A stretch of DNA of 64,000 bases from Podarcis vaucheri (lineage: Eukaryota). Each line of letters opens with the position of its first letter. Positions within the stretch are counted from its first letter, which is position 1. The DNA lies in NCBI GenBank assembly GCA_965113315.1, contig OZ220369.1; one strand, written 5' to 3'. The notes beneath the pieces were generated by a model that was not told where the DNA came from, did not search any database, and saw nothing but the letters and a program-made list of their open reading frames with translations. Positions 39,072-52,430 of this stretch are shown here, one piece after another. The position numbers and the translations under genes were made by a program.

Positions 39072-39700
39072 CCTCCGGAGCTTGCGGTCATTCTTGCCAC
39101 GGGAAGAAACAGACTCTGTCTCTGTGTACGGAGGTGGTGGCGGCGGCGGAGGGAACCCATTGCTATCGTCATCTCCGTTTCTCCTGTTGCCAAGTCTCCC
39201 ACTCGATGTACTGGCATGATCCCGGTCCTCACGGCCACCTGCCTTCTGCTTCCGCCGCAGCGCTTCCTGCAAGATCCGGTCATCGTAGTGTGATCGGTCC
39301 AGGTCCCTCAGGTCATCCCTGCTCCGGCTGCGCCGTCCGCCATAGCGGTCATAGTCGTCGCGGGAGTCCGGGGAATAGTCGCGGCGGTGCCACTCGTCAT
39401 CATCGGAGCCACGTCGGCCGCGGCTCCTGGGCCGGTCTGGATAAGGGTCCCGGTCCAAATCATCCAGAGCATCCACCGAGCGGGATCGGGGCCGCCGGCC
39501 ATAGCCTCGTGGCGGAGGGTCCTCGTAGTGGCCGCGCCGCAAGGGGGGTAGCAAGCGCCTGGTCTCGCTGCTCCGCATGCTCTCCTCTTCCACGTCACTG
39601 ATGGGAGACATGGCCTGGCCGCGCAGCCGCCCCAGCCCCTGCCGCAGTTCGTAGCGCCGATCGTCCTCATGCAGAGAGCTCAGTTCGCTCATCACGGAGG
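39072..39700 (-). CDS. LSR: LSR exon 9 (629 nt), Arg/Asp/Ser-rich cytoplasmic tail
   Basis: MSELSSLHEDD...RSRSVDALDDL...RSRSRDDL...PPPPYTETES; ag/gt boundaries. Confidence 0.95.
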
Positions 39701-39866
39701 CTGGAAAGTAAGTGCGAGAGAGGGTCAAAAGCTTCTAGGCCACCGTGCTGCAAATGAATCATCAGCTAGTTATCATGCTCTCCTAAAAAACAGCTGTCCC
39801 CGAGGGCTCCTTTTGGGGAGCCCCATGGTGTGCTTCCACACGTAAAGAAGGACCCAACCAAAGTAC

Positions 39867-39998
39867 CTTTCTCAAGCCTCCCATTAGGCTGGCCTGGGCG
39901 GGTGGGGTCAAAGTTGGCCAGCTCCTTCTCCATATAGTAGAGCACCCGCATGGAGTCATCCTGCTGGTTGGCTTGGATGCGGTAGCCGCTGCGCACAG
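39867..39998 (-). CDS. LSR: LSR exon 8 (132 nt)
   Basis: VRSGYRIQANQQDDSMRVLYYMEKELANFDPTRPGQPNGRLEK. Confidence 0.96.
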
Positions 39999-40240
39999 CT
40001 GGGGAAGAGACACCAGGAGCAGGCTTTAGGACAGAGGCCCATTTCCCCATTTGCAGGGAGCCAAATATCATCCATGGGACAAAACGCAGCAAACAGGGCT
40101 ACAACCAAGAAAATGCAGTTCTGAACTGGAAAGAGGCAATAGGTGTCCCTTCTCCTGCACCCTGCCTCTCCCAGTCTTTTGATCTGTAGCTGTCTCCCAG
40201 CCTGCCTGCACAGCCTACAGCAGATGAAGGGGCAGGGGGC

Positions 40241-40431
40241 AGGAAAGTGGGAGAATAAACGACAACCTCATCACCTGCTTCAGCAGATTTAAAAATAAAG
40301 GAGGAACCTCCAGGATGCAACAGGCACTCTGTGAACAAGGAAAGTGGGAGAATAAACGACAACCTCATCACCTGCTTCAGCAGATTTAAAAATAAAGGAG
40401 GAACCTCCAGGATGCAACAGGCACTCTGTGA
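40241..40431. repeat. Perfect 94-bp tandem duplication (period 97)
   Basis: AGGAAAGTGGGAGAATAAACG...GGCACTCTGTGA at 40241-40334 and 40338-40431. Confidence 0.92.
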
Positions 40432-41685
40432 TGGGAAAGGTCCTCCCAACACAGCCTGGAAAATTCTCGCCTCTGCTGAGCATGACGTTTCTCCCCAAGA
40501 GGCAGTCGTCGTCTCCATGAATCCCTTTCCAAGGCTTTCTAAGTGCAAATGGCAGGATAGCCTGACTCCCTCCCTCGGCAATCTTCGCGGAGCTCTGGCC
40601 CAATGGTTGCCAGTGGCTTGAATTAATTAATTTTATAATGAATGGTTTTAGAGTGTTGTTTATGCTGTACTTTTGTACTGTTTTATTGTTGTTGGCCGCC
40701 CTGAGCCCGGCTTCGGCTGGGGAGGGCGGGATATAAATAAAAATTTTTATTATTATTATTATTATATATCTGTGGCACTATGACCCTAAACCATGCAGCA
40801 GCAAGTATTCAGCACAGCTATGTTTGGAACACACAGTCCAAGCAACAGCTCAAACTAGGTGTGCTACAGAACTGAGTATCAGTACAAAGAGGGCAACAGC
40901 ACCCTGCCTATGTTCTTTTGCCACCTCTGTTCCAAGCAAGAGTTTTAAAAACCTGTCCACTTTCTGCTGGTCTTTCCATTTTCTGGCTTGTTTTTGCTGC
41001 TGCTGCATTTTTAGCTTTCTTTTCTGGCCACATATTTGCATTTCGGGAACTTGAAGACTCTATATAGGAACTTGTCCACCCAATATGGTCAGCAATGGCC
41101 CACTGGGGGAATTGAACTCTTCCCAGTTAAGATACTTTGGTGGGGGGTGGGGTGCTATTCCTCCAAGTGGCACCATTGCTGGCCCTGCTCAGCATAGAAG
41201 AGGTAGCAAAGAGCTGCCCAGGATCTTGCAAGTGCCCTTCCTGGGCACTAAACAGGACAATATCTCAGAAGCCTATGCGGTACCCTCTCATACTATCCTG
41301 AGAAGTGTGCATCTGGAAGGTGAGAAGGAAATCCTAAGCAAACTCACTACATGAGCAACTTCCTGCTCTATCTTTATTAATTAGCAAGCAATTCTGCTTC
41401 TGTGCAGCAGAGGGAAGCATTAGCCCTCAATATCCCTCTCCCCACACCCTATAATCTTTCAACCTCAGTTGCTTGCAAATACAAACAGATGGATCACACA
41501 AAAGCATAATTCCCCATGTGAGCTCATAAGCAGCTCCCCCACAATAAAGCAGGTTAGTTCAGCCAATGGTGAAGCACTTGCCCACCCAAAAGGTTGCCTG
41601 CTGTCAATACTTCATTTTTATATGCCCCTCAATGAAGGTCCAAGCAGACAGTTCTGCTTCTATCTCCAATACACACATTTCTTAC

Positions 41686-41745
41686 CAGCATTTGCAATAC
41701 TATCTGTATCCCTCAGGAGGGGCACCTGGGAGCTGTTCCCACCAA
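41686..41745 (-). CDS. LSR: LSR exon 7 (60 nt)
   Basis: (V)GGNSSQVPLLRDTDSIANA; not in the ORF track; resembles mammalian GGQGSYVPLLRDTDSSVAS. Confidence 0.92.
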
Positions 41746-42883
41746 CTGCAATGAAATAGACAGCAAGGATTGTCAAAGAACTTTAGTATTCAGCCATGAG
41801 AATGACTGCTCAAGCCTACACTCCTCAATCCTGCAAACTTGTGCAAGCAATATCAGGTCATTCTTGCAGTTCTGGGGTTCATTGTTGTACCCTATAAACA
41901 AGTCCCCTTTTACTTAGCGTTGCCTGTCAAGCACCTGATGCCAGGTGATTCGGCACTTCGAAGTCTCAAAAGCTGGGCCTTCAAAGCATGACGCACAACC
42001 AATTCTGGAGGCTTCAGCTCTACTTCCTATTAGTCACTGGGTGGCAGAGGTGAAGCCTGCCTTCTTTTGCCAATGCACAATCATTAATTCATTCATAATT
42101 TTATTTGTATGCTGCCTTTACATAGGTTCAAACAATGTGCAAGGCGGCTTATAAAAAAAATCAGATAATTACAAACATGGCAAAAGTAGGCATAAACAAA
42201 TAAAACACAAATTGGACAATAAATCATAGTAAATGCTAAAATAAAGATAGTAACACCACCCCTCAATAAACCCTACTCAGCTGTCTATTCAGCAGCCTCA
42301 GCTTTTGTAGCTGGAGTCAGTCCGGGCTGTGCCCTCCCAGGCCAGGGGGCGGGGGAAGGCCTGCAAGGCAGGTATGAGGACTCACAGCCCAGATGGTCTC
42401 GGGCCTCTTCATTAGCCTCATATTTTGTAGCTGGAGTAAATCACTTTAAGGCCCCTGGTTGTGCACTGGCAGCCACTTCTCTACTTGCCTGACCCCTGAC
42501 ATCACACACCAGGCGTGGGTAGTTGGGTGCGATAGGGGGGCAAACAGCCTGAAAGGCCACATCTGACCGGCAAGTCAAAGGATCCTCACCACCTGCTCTG
42601 CCTGAAGAACTCCAGCGAAGGAGAGCCCACCCCCACCCCCCTCTAAATGATTGTTTCCAAAGCCGAATGTGCGTATCACTGTGTTGAGCAAGACAGCGGC
42701 TGCCCAAATAGTTGCAGGAAGTGAGGAGCCAGCTCTATCACCCAGCAGACCAGGGTTAAGCCCAAATGAGAGCTCACAAAACTCAGGCCCTGGGCTAGCA
42801 CAAAGCCTTTTAGAACTGTCAATTCAGTCCAGCAGGGAACTAGCTCTGAGGCAGCAAGGATTTGGCTAGTAGAAGCCACTTAC

Positions 42884-43054
42884 CTGAACTGGCTCTGTCG
42901 TAATCCACTCCATAACCATTGTACATGGCAGGCATTGGACCCATGGGGATCACAGTGGCTGGGGGCCCCTGCTTCAGATGGTTACTGGATGCATAGAGGG
43001 TGGGTGCATAAACACTGGGGGCCCCTGAAGTTGCAGCTTTCCCTGCAAGGTAGA
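42884..43054 (-). CDS. LSR: LSR exon 6 (171 nt)
   Basis: (L)YLAGKAATSGAPSVYAP...IPMGP..YNGYGVDYDRASS. Confidence 0.95.
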
Positions 43055-43470
43055 CTGAAGACATGCTTGTGTTAGGGATTACAATATATTAATCCTGGAA
43101 AAGAGGAATTCTAAGCCAAATGTTCAGAGCATTCCTCCAGCAACATTCAGGGGAATCACAAATTCAGGCTCAGCGATAACATTTGCCCTGCTCCGCTTTT
43201 CATCAGGGCAAATGCAGGCAGGGTGGCTTCCATATTGCCCATGTTTCCCTTGCAGAAATATGCTGATATAATGCAGCATTAGGTAGTTTGGGGGAAGTTA
43301 GGGACTGCTTATATACAGAGCCAAGGGTGTTTTACTAATAAGCCTGTGGGCAGTCACACAAAGATGGGAGAACTTGTCCGCGGGTCAGGCAGAAGGTTCA
43401 TGGCAGATCTGAGAGCAGAAGCTGCTCTGCCTGCTCTCGCAGTTCAGGGGAAGAGGAGAACAAGACTTAC

Positions 43471-43617
43471 GTGCTTCAGGGCAGCAGCACTTCTCAGAGC
43501 AGCAGGGGCATCGGACGTAGCAGCAGCAGGTGTGAGGGCAGCACTGACACCAGCAGATCCCAAAGAGCATTAAGACCAGAAAGAACCCTAACACCACCAG
43601 GACGACAAAGAGCCAGT
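43471..43617 (-). CDS. LSR: LSR exon 5 (147 nt), transmembrane helix and Cys-rich domain
   Basis: (D)[48 protein letters not shown]. Confidence 0.97.
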
Positions 43618-45105
43618 CTGGGAAGAAAGGGGGGTGGGGAGGGAAAAGTCCTTTTGAGACAGAGCCTATGAATCAAGTTCCATCTAGAGAGAAGGGCTAG
43701 GCCATCTTGGCAGCTTCTATACTGAGTCAACAAGCTTCCGTTAAGGAAGAGAATGCCAGTTGTGATACCTGGCACTCCTTGCCCTAATATACAGCTCTCA
43801 CAGTGCGACAGCCTTAGCAAACTGACAATTCCAGCTCCCTCCTCACACCAGCTCCTGCATCGCCCAGGTCCAGAAGTCCCTCCTCTCAGTCCCTAACTGA
43901 TCCTGTTGAATGCTGAGTGCATTCCAACAGGTCCTCTTGAATCCTGGATCCCAAAGGGCTGCTAAAAATCTAGACATTCATTCTATATCTATCCCATTCA
44001 TTGCACTGTTCTGTCTCCTACAGGATCAGGACCTCACCCCCCTCCCTTGCTGTTCCTAAGCAAAAGGACTGCTGCACCAAGATTGCTTTGCAGAGGCAAA
44101 ATCCCTCCCATGTGTCAGTGATGTGGAAGTCCAGTGTCAACGCTGAACCTACACCTAACAAGTCGCCCAGGGAAGCAGAAGCCTTCAGTGTGCCATATTT
44201 TTTGCTACTCTCGTTCCTTCTCTTTCTATTGGGCGCTTTATCCACTGCTTTTATACATGGTTCTTTAAACTCAAGGGCCCTACAGCTGCAAAATGAAATA
44301 TGATCCTAGACTGGCAGACCAATTTCCATATATTACCAACACAGGATCTGGGATTAGCCCAACAGATGAAGACCGCAGAACTTGCAGTATGGAGTGTGTT
44401 CTCTTTCAAACTCATACACACCACAACTCAAAGATGGACAAGGCCTCATGGCACAGATTTCTCCACCTAAGTCTGTCAAATGCAGCAAGCTCTCAAGTGC
44501 TGGTGTCCATCATTCATGCTTTGAAGCCAGCCTCAGCAGTCCTCATCATCTAACGATAGTTTTCCAGGATGAGTTGGTTGTGTTCAGCTGGCTAGAGCGT
44601 GGTTTTAAGTATAGCTCTCCCACCAACTTCTAATAGAGTGTTAGGGGACTGCCTTTCTGCTTCGCAAGCAGTTGCGTTCTGTGTAGGATACCAGTGTGGT
44701 TCACCCTTCCCTCTCATTAGCTGCTGGGGCTGAAAGGACTTGCATAGCAGCAGCCCCTAAACAAGTCCTGACAAACCAAAGCTGGGGACCCTTTGCTTAT
44801 GCCCTCCAGCCAAAGAACATCAGAACAATGCACAACCCAGCCTTCACCTTCCCAATGTTTTGCACTACAAATCCCAGCACCCCAGCCAGTATGGCCAGTG
44901 ATCAGGGACAATGGGGAACTCCAATACAAAGTTTATTGGGGGTGCTAGTGTTAAGACACAACAGCAACCCCTGTGCATACCATCATCATAACAATATCAT
45001 GTGCAAATGAACACCAAGGTTTGCTATGAAGTTACACTCAGCAGGTAAACTGCAGCCAGTTCCAGCTTGCCCAAATGTGTTTTCTGCACAATCCAGATGC
45101 TGGTA

Positions 45106-45109
<4 letters not shown>

Positions 45110-45151
<42 letters not shown>

Positions 45152-45270
45152 ATTATTTATACTCGGCCCATCTGGCTGGGTTTCCCCAGCACTCTGGGAG
45201 GTATCCAACAAAAGATTAAAAATACATTAAAACATCAGTCATTAATAACTTCTCTAAATAGGGCTGCCTT
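45110..45270 (-). mobile_element. L2 3' tail with (TAA)n
   Basis: Matches the 4345-4510 sequence. Confidence 0.75.
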
Positions 45271-45684
45271 TTTACACTTGACTTTTTGTTTAGGTGCACA
45301 CCCCCAGTGTATGTGTGAACCACTCCTAATTCAGTTACAGGCCCAAGGGACCCTGAATTGCACACTGCACTTAAGCCTGCATCTCTACAGCAGGGACATG
45401 AAATGACAGGTTCTCTTGTACATCACAGTTAGAGGTAGGTGGTGGGTGGGTAGGGGAGGTTGGAAGAAACGTAAAAGAAGCCTACAGAGTTTTGCAGCGT
45501 TAGCAAGTTAACAAAAGAAGTACCCTAAGAGACAGACATTTTGGCCTCCTTTCCAAACCCAGGCACGCCTACTGCTACCCCGACAGATTCAAGGATAGGA
45601 CATATTAAAGAACAAAGGAGTATTATCCACCCACCCCTCACAACCCCAGGAAAGACAGCATGGAAAAAGAAGCAAAGCCAGTAC

Positions 45685-45741
45685 CTTCCATATGCCCTAT
45701 CTGAAAGCCTGGCAAAAGCTCTGAGACACCGGAGGATTTGC
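45685..45741 (-). CDS. LSR: LSR exon 4 (57 nt, alternative exon)
   Basis: (G)KSSGVSELLPGFQIGHME compared with mammalian GRTSGVAELLPGFQAGPIE. Confidence 0.92.
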
Positions 45742-47047
45742 CTACAGAACAAACAAAAACACAGGGAAAAGAAAGTTACTAAATACAGCTGGCTGCTCCT
45801 GGAGGCAGGCACTTCTGGGCCAGCTAAAGCAGTGGTTGGGAACCTAGGGCCAAATGCAGCCCCTTCCAGGCCTCTGTCCTTGGGACTCACCCCAGACCCA
45901 CACCGTCCCTGCTCTGCGCTTTTCTCAACAGCTTTGGCTTGGCTAGAATGTCTCCTCTGACTATCATAATGCTCTGCGCTTGCACGAATGATGGGAGAGG
46001 TGTGTGTGTGGAAAACAAGAGACTTCTGCACAGCTGGAACGAAGCCCACTGTACAAAGGCTAAACCATCCAGGACGCTGTGCTGGCATGTGGCCCCTGGA
46101 AGGCTGTTTATGAGGAAATGTGGCCCGCAGACTGAAAAGGAACCCTAGAGGGGCAAATGGTTATATCAGAAATTCCATCTGCAGTGATTTATCTGTGATG
46201 CACAGAAGCCCTTATTTAAACGCTGCAGTCAAGAAGTGATGAGCCTGCAATTGTTACCTTGTCCTAAGATAAGCCCACTGCTTTTGTCTTAAGGAAATGG
46301 AGAAGGCAGAGAGGTAAGGACTAACATTCCTGGGTGGGTGGGTGTTTGTGTGTGTGTCCCCATCCGCCCCCCTGATGGAGCAACTGCAAGCCAGGCACGC
46401 ACTCTCACCTACAGAGTGGAATGTTTGGGAAAATATTTCCTTTCCCAGGCCCTGCTGTAAGCAACCGGCATTTTTTCAGAACATGCAACCCTGGCACAGC
46501 CAGGCACATCACCCTGCTGCAGTTCCTGAGCATGGGGGCAGAATATGGTTTCTGACATAAAAAAAAATAGAGGAAAAAGAAGAGTACAGGAACTGACAGG
46601 AAGCAGATACGTTCCACAGAGAGGGTACTATCTGGAAGAAAGCAGGTCTCCCAGTTTTAGCCAACTTGGGAGTAGAAAACCTCAAGACAATACTACACAC
46701 AGTATGAAATAGCTGCCTGCACAGAGGCGTCCCAATATATTCCCTGCCTGCTCTGCTCCCTCTGGTGGGACAACTCCTAGAGCCCCCCAGAGAAATGGAT
46801 TGATGTAAAGAACATAATTGCGTGGGATGAGAACCAGGTCACAGATCTGAACATGTTAACTTGGCAGTCAGGCAATGCCAGAAAGTTGCTCAGGAGCCTG
46901 CAGGATAGGACCAATGATCTGCCTAGTTGAAATCTTGATTCTAATACTGGCCACACAGATGACTTTGAGAAGCTCACCAGGGCATAAAGCCAGTAGCCCT
47001 CCCATGTTGTTGTTTTTTGCCCTCAACGTACAGTACACAGAGATATA

Positions 47048-47306
47048 CTGTATTTTTTGCTCTATAAGACTCACTTTTTCCCTTCTAAAAAGTAAGGGGA
47101 AATGTGTGTGCGTCTTATGGAGCGAATGCAGGTTGCGCAGCTATCCCAGAAGCCAGAATAGCAAGAGAGATCACTGGTTTCACTGCACAGCGGTCCCTCT
47201 TGCTGTTCTGGCTTCTGAGATTCAGAATATTTTTTTTCTTGTTTTCCTCCTCCAAAAACTAGCTGCGTCTTGTGGTCTGGTTCGTCTTACAAAGCGAAAA
47301 ATACGG
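47048..47306. mobile_element. Tigger/pogo-like MITE, second copy
   Basis: Homologous to 15352-15611; TA flanks. Confidence 0.8.
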
Positions 47307-48689
47307 TACTTGCTCTGGACATTGAGGTTCCATTTAGCCAAGAGCCATGAGTGCAAAAGTTAAGTAAAAATCACAACACAAATTGCAAAATACAAATTAA
47401 AGAACGCAGACATACGAAAAAGAACAGCAGCAGTTTGAAAACAAACTCACACTGGGTCCCAAGGGCACATTGCCCCCTTGGTATACAAAAGATGTTAATA
47501 AACAAAACAGATAAGATATGATGCGCCACACTTTTAATCCCTGCCACTGCAGGAAAGTCCATTCATGTTCATTTCCTCTCTGCTTCGAAGATCTGCTCAC
47601 AGCACACAACCACCAGCAGCGTGTTGGTGCACAAAATTCAACACTAAGGATCTGTGTTTGGTTTTGTTTTTTTAATAACAAAACAAACTTCTAGTCCTAA
47701 TGTATGTAACAAGGAGCCTGAAAAGTACACAGGCAAAGCCTTATGAAATAAATCCAACTACAACGGACCTGGAAGGAAGAGGGTGAGTGGGATTAAGCCA
47801 AGCAACATATTAAGTTGCCTTTCACCCAGTTAGACCACTGATCCATTTCCGACCATCAACAATTCCCCAAGTCCACAGACAAAACAAAAGGGTTGTCCCC
47901 AGCCCTGCTACCCAAGACAGTCTTAACTGCAACTACTACTGCATATACACAAGGTCCCAAAATCAATCCCTGGCAACTCAAGCAATAATATTTCCAGCAG
48001 GTAGCATTAAGGCTTGTGTGCCCTTCGTAGCACACAATCATTGAAAAAGGCAGAAACACGCAGAATAAGCAAAATTCCATGCATTTTGCTTAAGTAACAA
48101 TATACAAGAATAGTATTTTTTTAAGCTCCACAAAGGACACAAAATTCCTCATGACAGGGGCCAATGTTACAGGGCAGGGTGACGCGGCACTGCCCACGAT
48201 AAAGGGACACTTCAGAATGCCAGTCTCCACCCGCCCTTAGAACTGGTTCCTCCAGTACAGTATCACAGACGTGCACACACACACACACACGAGATTTTGC
48301 AAAGAAAGAGTCCTGTGTGCATAGCAAACAAAGATCAACCTGCACCCTGGCTCCAGTCCAGAGACCCTGCTTTGTTCCCAGAACACACACACACACATTG
48401 GCGAGTATTTACAACTGACTACAAGAGGACACCTGAGTAGCAAATTTTTGTGTGTCTACGAATGGGTGTCCCAGATAGGGTGTGGCATAGGTTGGGAGTG
48501 CGAGGCACCCAGAGCTATAACAAAGCTGGGCATAAAGCAGTGGGGCTGATATGGCAGGCAATCAAACAGAAGGAATTATATGCCTGCCTGGATACAGCCG
48601 GTGCTAAGACAGGAAGCACAGTGCTGGGGTCCCAGAAGCGGTTTCTCAGGCTGCTAGTGCAGCACACAAATCAGGCTAAGGCAGTAGAG

Positions 48690-49004
48690 AAGGTCGGCAA
48701 AGTTTTCGTGACTTGGGCCGGTTCACAGTACCACAGATGCCGCCATGGGCCAGAGTGTGTGCGCATGCACGCATGCACGCTATTTCCGGCACGCCTTCCG
48801 GCATGGAGGAGGCATTGCACAGCTTCCCACTGGCTGCAGGAGCTTCAGGAAGCCAGCCAGTATTGCAGAAGGCGGTCCCCGCTCTGTTCCACACCGTAGC
48901 GCGGCACATGGGAGCTGACCGAGTGGGCGGCGGGGGTCCATGGGCCAGTTAAACAACCCCCATGGGCCGCTTGTGGCCCATGGACCTTAGGTTGCTGACC
49001 CCCG
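48690..49004. mobile_element. Non-autonomous hAT element
   Basis: 8-bp TSD CAGTAGAG (48682-48689, 49005-49012); ends GGTCGGCAA...TTGCTGACC. Confidence 0.75.
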
Positions 49005-49504
49005 CAGTAGAGCCTGGGCAACAGAATGGACTGCACCAGTTCAGACCCTGAGTTATTGAGGTGGGGAGATAAACATTTTGGATGCTTCCTTACATTTAAA
49101 AAGTCTGAGTGAAAACTAGCACAGCACCTCTCTTCTCTCCTGCGTTGTTTTTCTCCTTGGTGTATTTTTGTAACCCAGCAAATCTGGGCTAGCAGCAACA
49201 AAATAAAAGCTACCACCTGCAATATGAACTACATCACCTCATTCTTCTGTGGATGAACCCAAACCCCTTATCTTGCTCTGAGTGGGTGGGACTTGGAAAG
49301 CAAAGGTACATGCACCAGTTTTGCAGGGCAAACTAAGCTTGACAACCATCCAGATCTTCCTTTCCTCCTGGGGATTTACCCAATAGGCCAGCTAGTCTTG
49401 TGCGAGAGCATCCTCCCCTACGAAGCCTCCCACAGCATGCAATTAAGCTGCCCTGATCTGTCCTGAGAGTTTCCTGTGTGCTCAACAGCAGCCTTGTCAC
49501 TTAC

Positions 49505-49624
49505 CCAAAACAATGAGCTCAGCGTAGGCCTCATTGTTGCCTTGCAAGTCTTGATTGGAAGTCACTGTGCAGTAGTACACCCCACTGTCTCCCCAAGCTG
49601 TCTGGTCAATGCTGAGGTCAGCAT
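49505..49624 (-). CDS. LSR: LSR exon 3 (120 nt), C-terminal half of the Ig V-set domain
   Basis: (N)ADLSIDQTAWGDSGVYYCTVTSNQDLQGNNEAYAELIVL. Confidence 0.96.
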
Positions 49625-52184
49625 CTAGAGGAGAAGGATGAAAAAGAAGGCAGAGAAGAAGAAAAGGGTATCAACCCAGATGCTAAATGTCAGCTCCTTG
49701 GATATATGAATGTTAAGCAGAGTCACAGCATCTTCTCTCAAGGTATATTCCTACATACAAAACCATAATATTGTTCTAAAGAAAAATCCGCTGGTTATTA
49801 TAAACTGTACCATCAGTTTGGTTTTTGTCATGGGAATCTATGAGCATCGTAGGGAAGCTGCAAACCATTGCTCATGAAGAGAAACCATACGGATACCTAC
49901 CTTTCCAACCATTCATTTAAGGAAATTTACCTATATGTAAGAACTGGAAACTGCAGCAAGGTGGGGGTATTTTGTGCACAAGTGATTAATAGCACCTGTC
50001 TCTGAAAGCGAGCTCTGGGCCCTAGAGAGAAGCTGTGCCCCAATTTCAGCCTGAATTATTTTCAAAAGCTTATCCTAGCTTTTGTGCTGCAAGGAGATCA
50101 GAAATAGGCAACCATACTGGGCCTCTCTCAATTGGTGGAAGACTCATTGTTCAAGAGGAATGAGAAAAGTAAAAAAGGAAATCTCTTGCAGAGGCGAGCC
50201 ACCCCACCTTGCCAGGGGAAAAAGTCCTGGGATTAAGCCAGAAACTGACAGAGGGGCTTCTCCAGGAAACACATTCCAAATTCACAATTAAATTGCCCAG
50301 CAACATCTTGCAAGAGGGCTTGACTGGGCAGGAGGTTGTCCCTGCTACACCTTCTTTTACAGACAAGAGACACAATATAAGGCGGCTCTCCTCCTTGCAC
50401 TCAGTGAAGCAGCAGTCCAAGGTCATAAAGGGTCGAACACCCATACTATTTCTGCAGCAGTGTCCCTGTCTCCAGCATCCAAGAACAGCCCAATCAGACA
50501 AAAAGGAAGCTTCTTAGCCACTGTATGCTCGAAAGCCAAACATTTATGAAAACCGAAAACACAGGGCTATTCAGTTTTTTTTAAAAAATGGTGTGCAAGT
50601 TCTTCTACACACATTTGAACTTCATGTAGAGCACAAGCCACTATACTGGAGCACACCAAATCATTTGCCCCTGTGTGTGCATAGAAAATAGATCTAACAG
50701 GAAGGGAGCACATGGAGATCGGCATTGATTGTTGCAATGTACCTCTGAGGACGATGATGATGATTATGGTAAACTTGTATAATCTTAGAAGGGGTGTGGC
50801 TTGTGACCATGATGAAGGGACCCTGGACTTCTGAAAATGTTACACTACTGACCAATCTCTGTGCCTGGCTGAGGATGGAGGTCTGCAAAGATGAAGAGTT
50901 GTGCAGGTAAGCACTTCTATTTAGTAGGAGGGTACAAGAAGGGAGTATCCAATGCAGCGGTAGTTCACACTGGGACCACTCACCAGAAGGAGGGGGGAAA
51001 GGTTGTTTTGAGACTTTTGCTGGATTCTCTGCCCAAAGTCTCAAGGAAAAAAATATTCCCTGTACAAAATTCCATCCATCAACAGTGGTACTTCCCTTCT
51101 TAAAAGGGAAGTTACAACTTTAGCACATTGCATTGGATGCTCTCGCTATGGTTAGGTAAGGGCTATTAGCAGATGCTTGTTTTTTCCTTCTTTGAATCAT
51201 ACCAGGATACAGAAATGGCTGAACATGAAGTAGAATTAAATCGCAAGCAGGCAAGGACCAGCCCACAGGATGTACTGAATCCCAAGTATTTATTTTTTCC
51301 TCATCTGCACAACTCTGCACTGCTGTTGTGTGGCAATTCATGGGCCAGTTATTCTCCCTTCTCTGGAAAGTAGACAGCTTTGGCCCATCAAGGCTCTCCA
51401 AAGGAAAAGTCAGTGTGGAGAATGAATGACTCAATCCTGTAAAATATAGGAGGCGTGAAATAGGGCGAGAGACAAGGAAGTGCAAGGAAAAGGGTTTTCT
51501 CTCAGCTGGTTTGGATTCTGGTCCTCCTTCATTTGCTCCAAGGCTTCTGGCTGGGCCAAGTTAACAACAATTAGTTGGGTAGATCAAGCCACCAACACCT
51601 AAGATCACAGGGAAACCACTTCCTCACTTCCTCATACAGCCCAAAATAACATGCAATTATTCCCCATGTGCTAACTCACCTGGTGGCAATTTATGCCTTC
51701 AACTTCTTCCACTTTAACAAGTCCACAGAGGCAGCATTGGGTGAGGGAGAAGGAAATTGGTCACATACACATTCTAGCGCAGTTGCTGATGCAACAAGTA
51801 CTGCTCACTATCTCCGATTGTAAAAACCAGGGATAGCCAACATGGTGCCCTCTAGATGTTCTCTCCCATCAGCCATAGTGAGAATGCCCGACAGTCAGGG
51901 ACGATGGGAACTGTAGTCCAAGAACATCCTAAGGGCACCATGTCAACTATCCCTGGTACAAACAGCATCTCTGCTGTTTTGCAGGAATGAGAAACTGGGT
52001 CTTTTCAGGCAGGGAACCCGCAGCCTTGCTATAGGGGTTCACAGCTGCATAAATAAAATAGGGTTTGTTCTGCACCAGCACTCAGGAATGTTTCCCCATA
52101 ACAAACCAATATATGTGCAAATATCAGATACACTGGCAGTGGCAATACAAGAGTTGATGGGTTGGCCTCACTTTTCCAGAACTG

Positions 52185-52430
52185 CTTTCCGGGTCATGAC
52201 TAAACTGCTTCTGATGCAACAGGACACTGTGAAGAGTGCCAGAGTGCACGGAAAAGCCATTTACCTTCCTGCCGCAGTGGTACTTGCACTGGCGTGCTTT
52301 TCAACTGCTAGGTTGGCAGGAGCTGGGACAGAGCAACGGGAGATCACTGCATCATGGGGATTTGAACCGCTGACCTTCTGATCGGCAAGCCCAAGAGGCT
52401 CAGCAGTTTAGACCACAGCGCCACCTGCAT
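52185..52430 (-). mobile_element. Older partial Sauria SINE
   Basis: CTGCTAGGTTGGCAGGAGCTGGGAC...GATCGGCAAGCCC...CACAGCGCCACC. Confidence 0.8.

Noticed and set aside
38927-39670. Long alternative-frame and antisense ORFs over LSR exon 9
   Set aside because: Shadow ORFs of GC-rich coding sequence.
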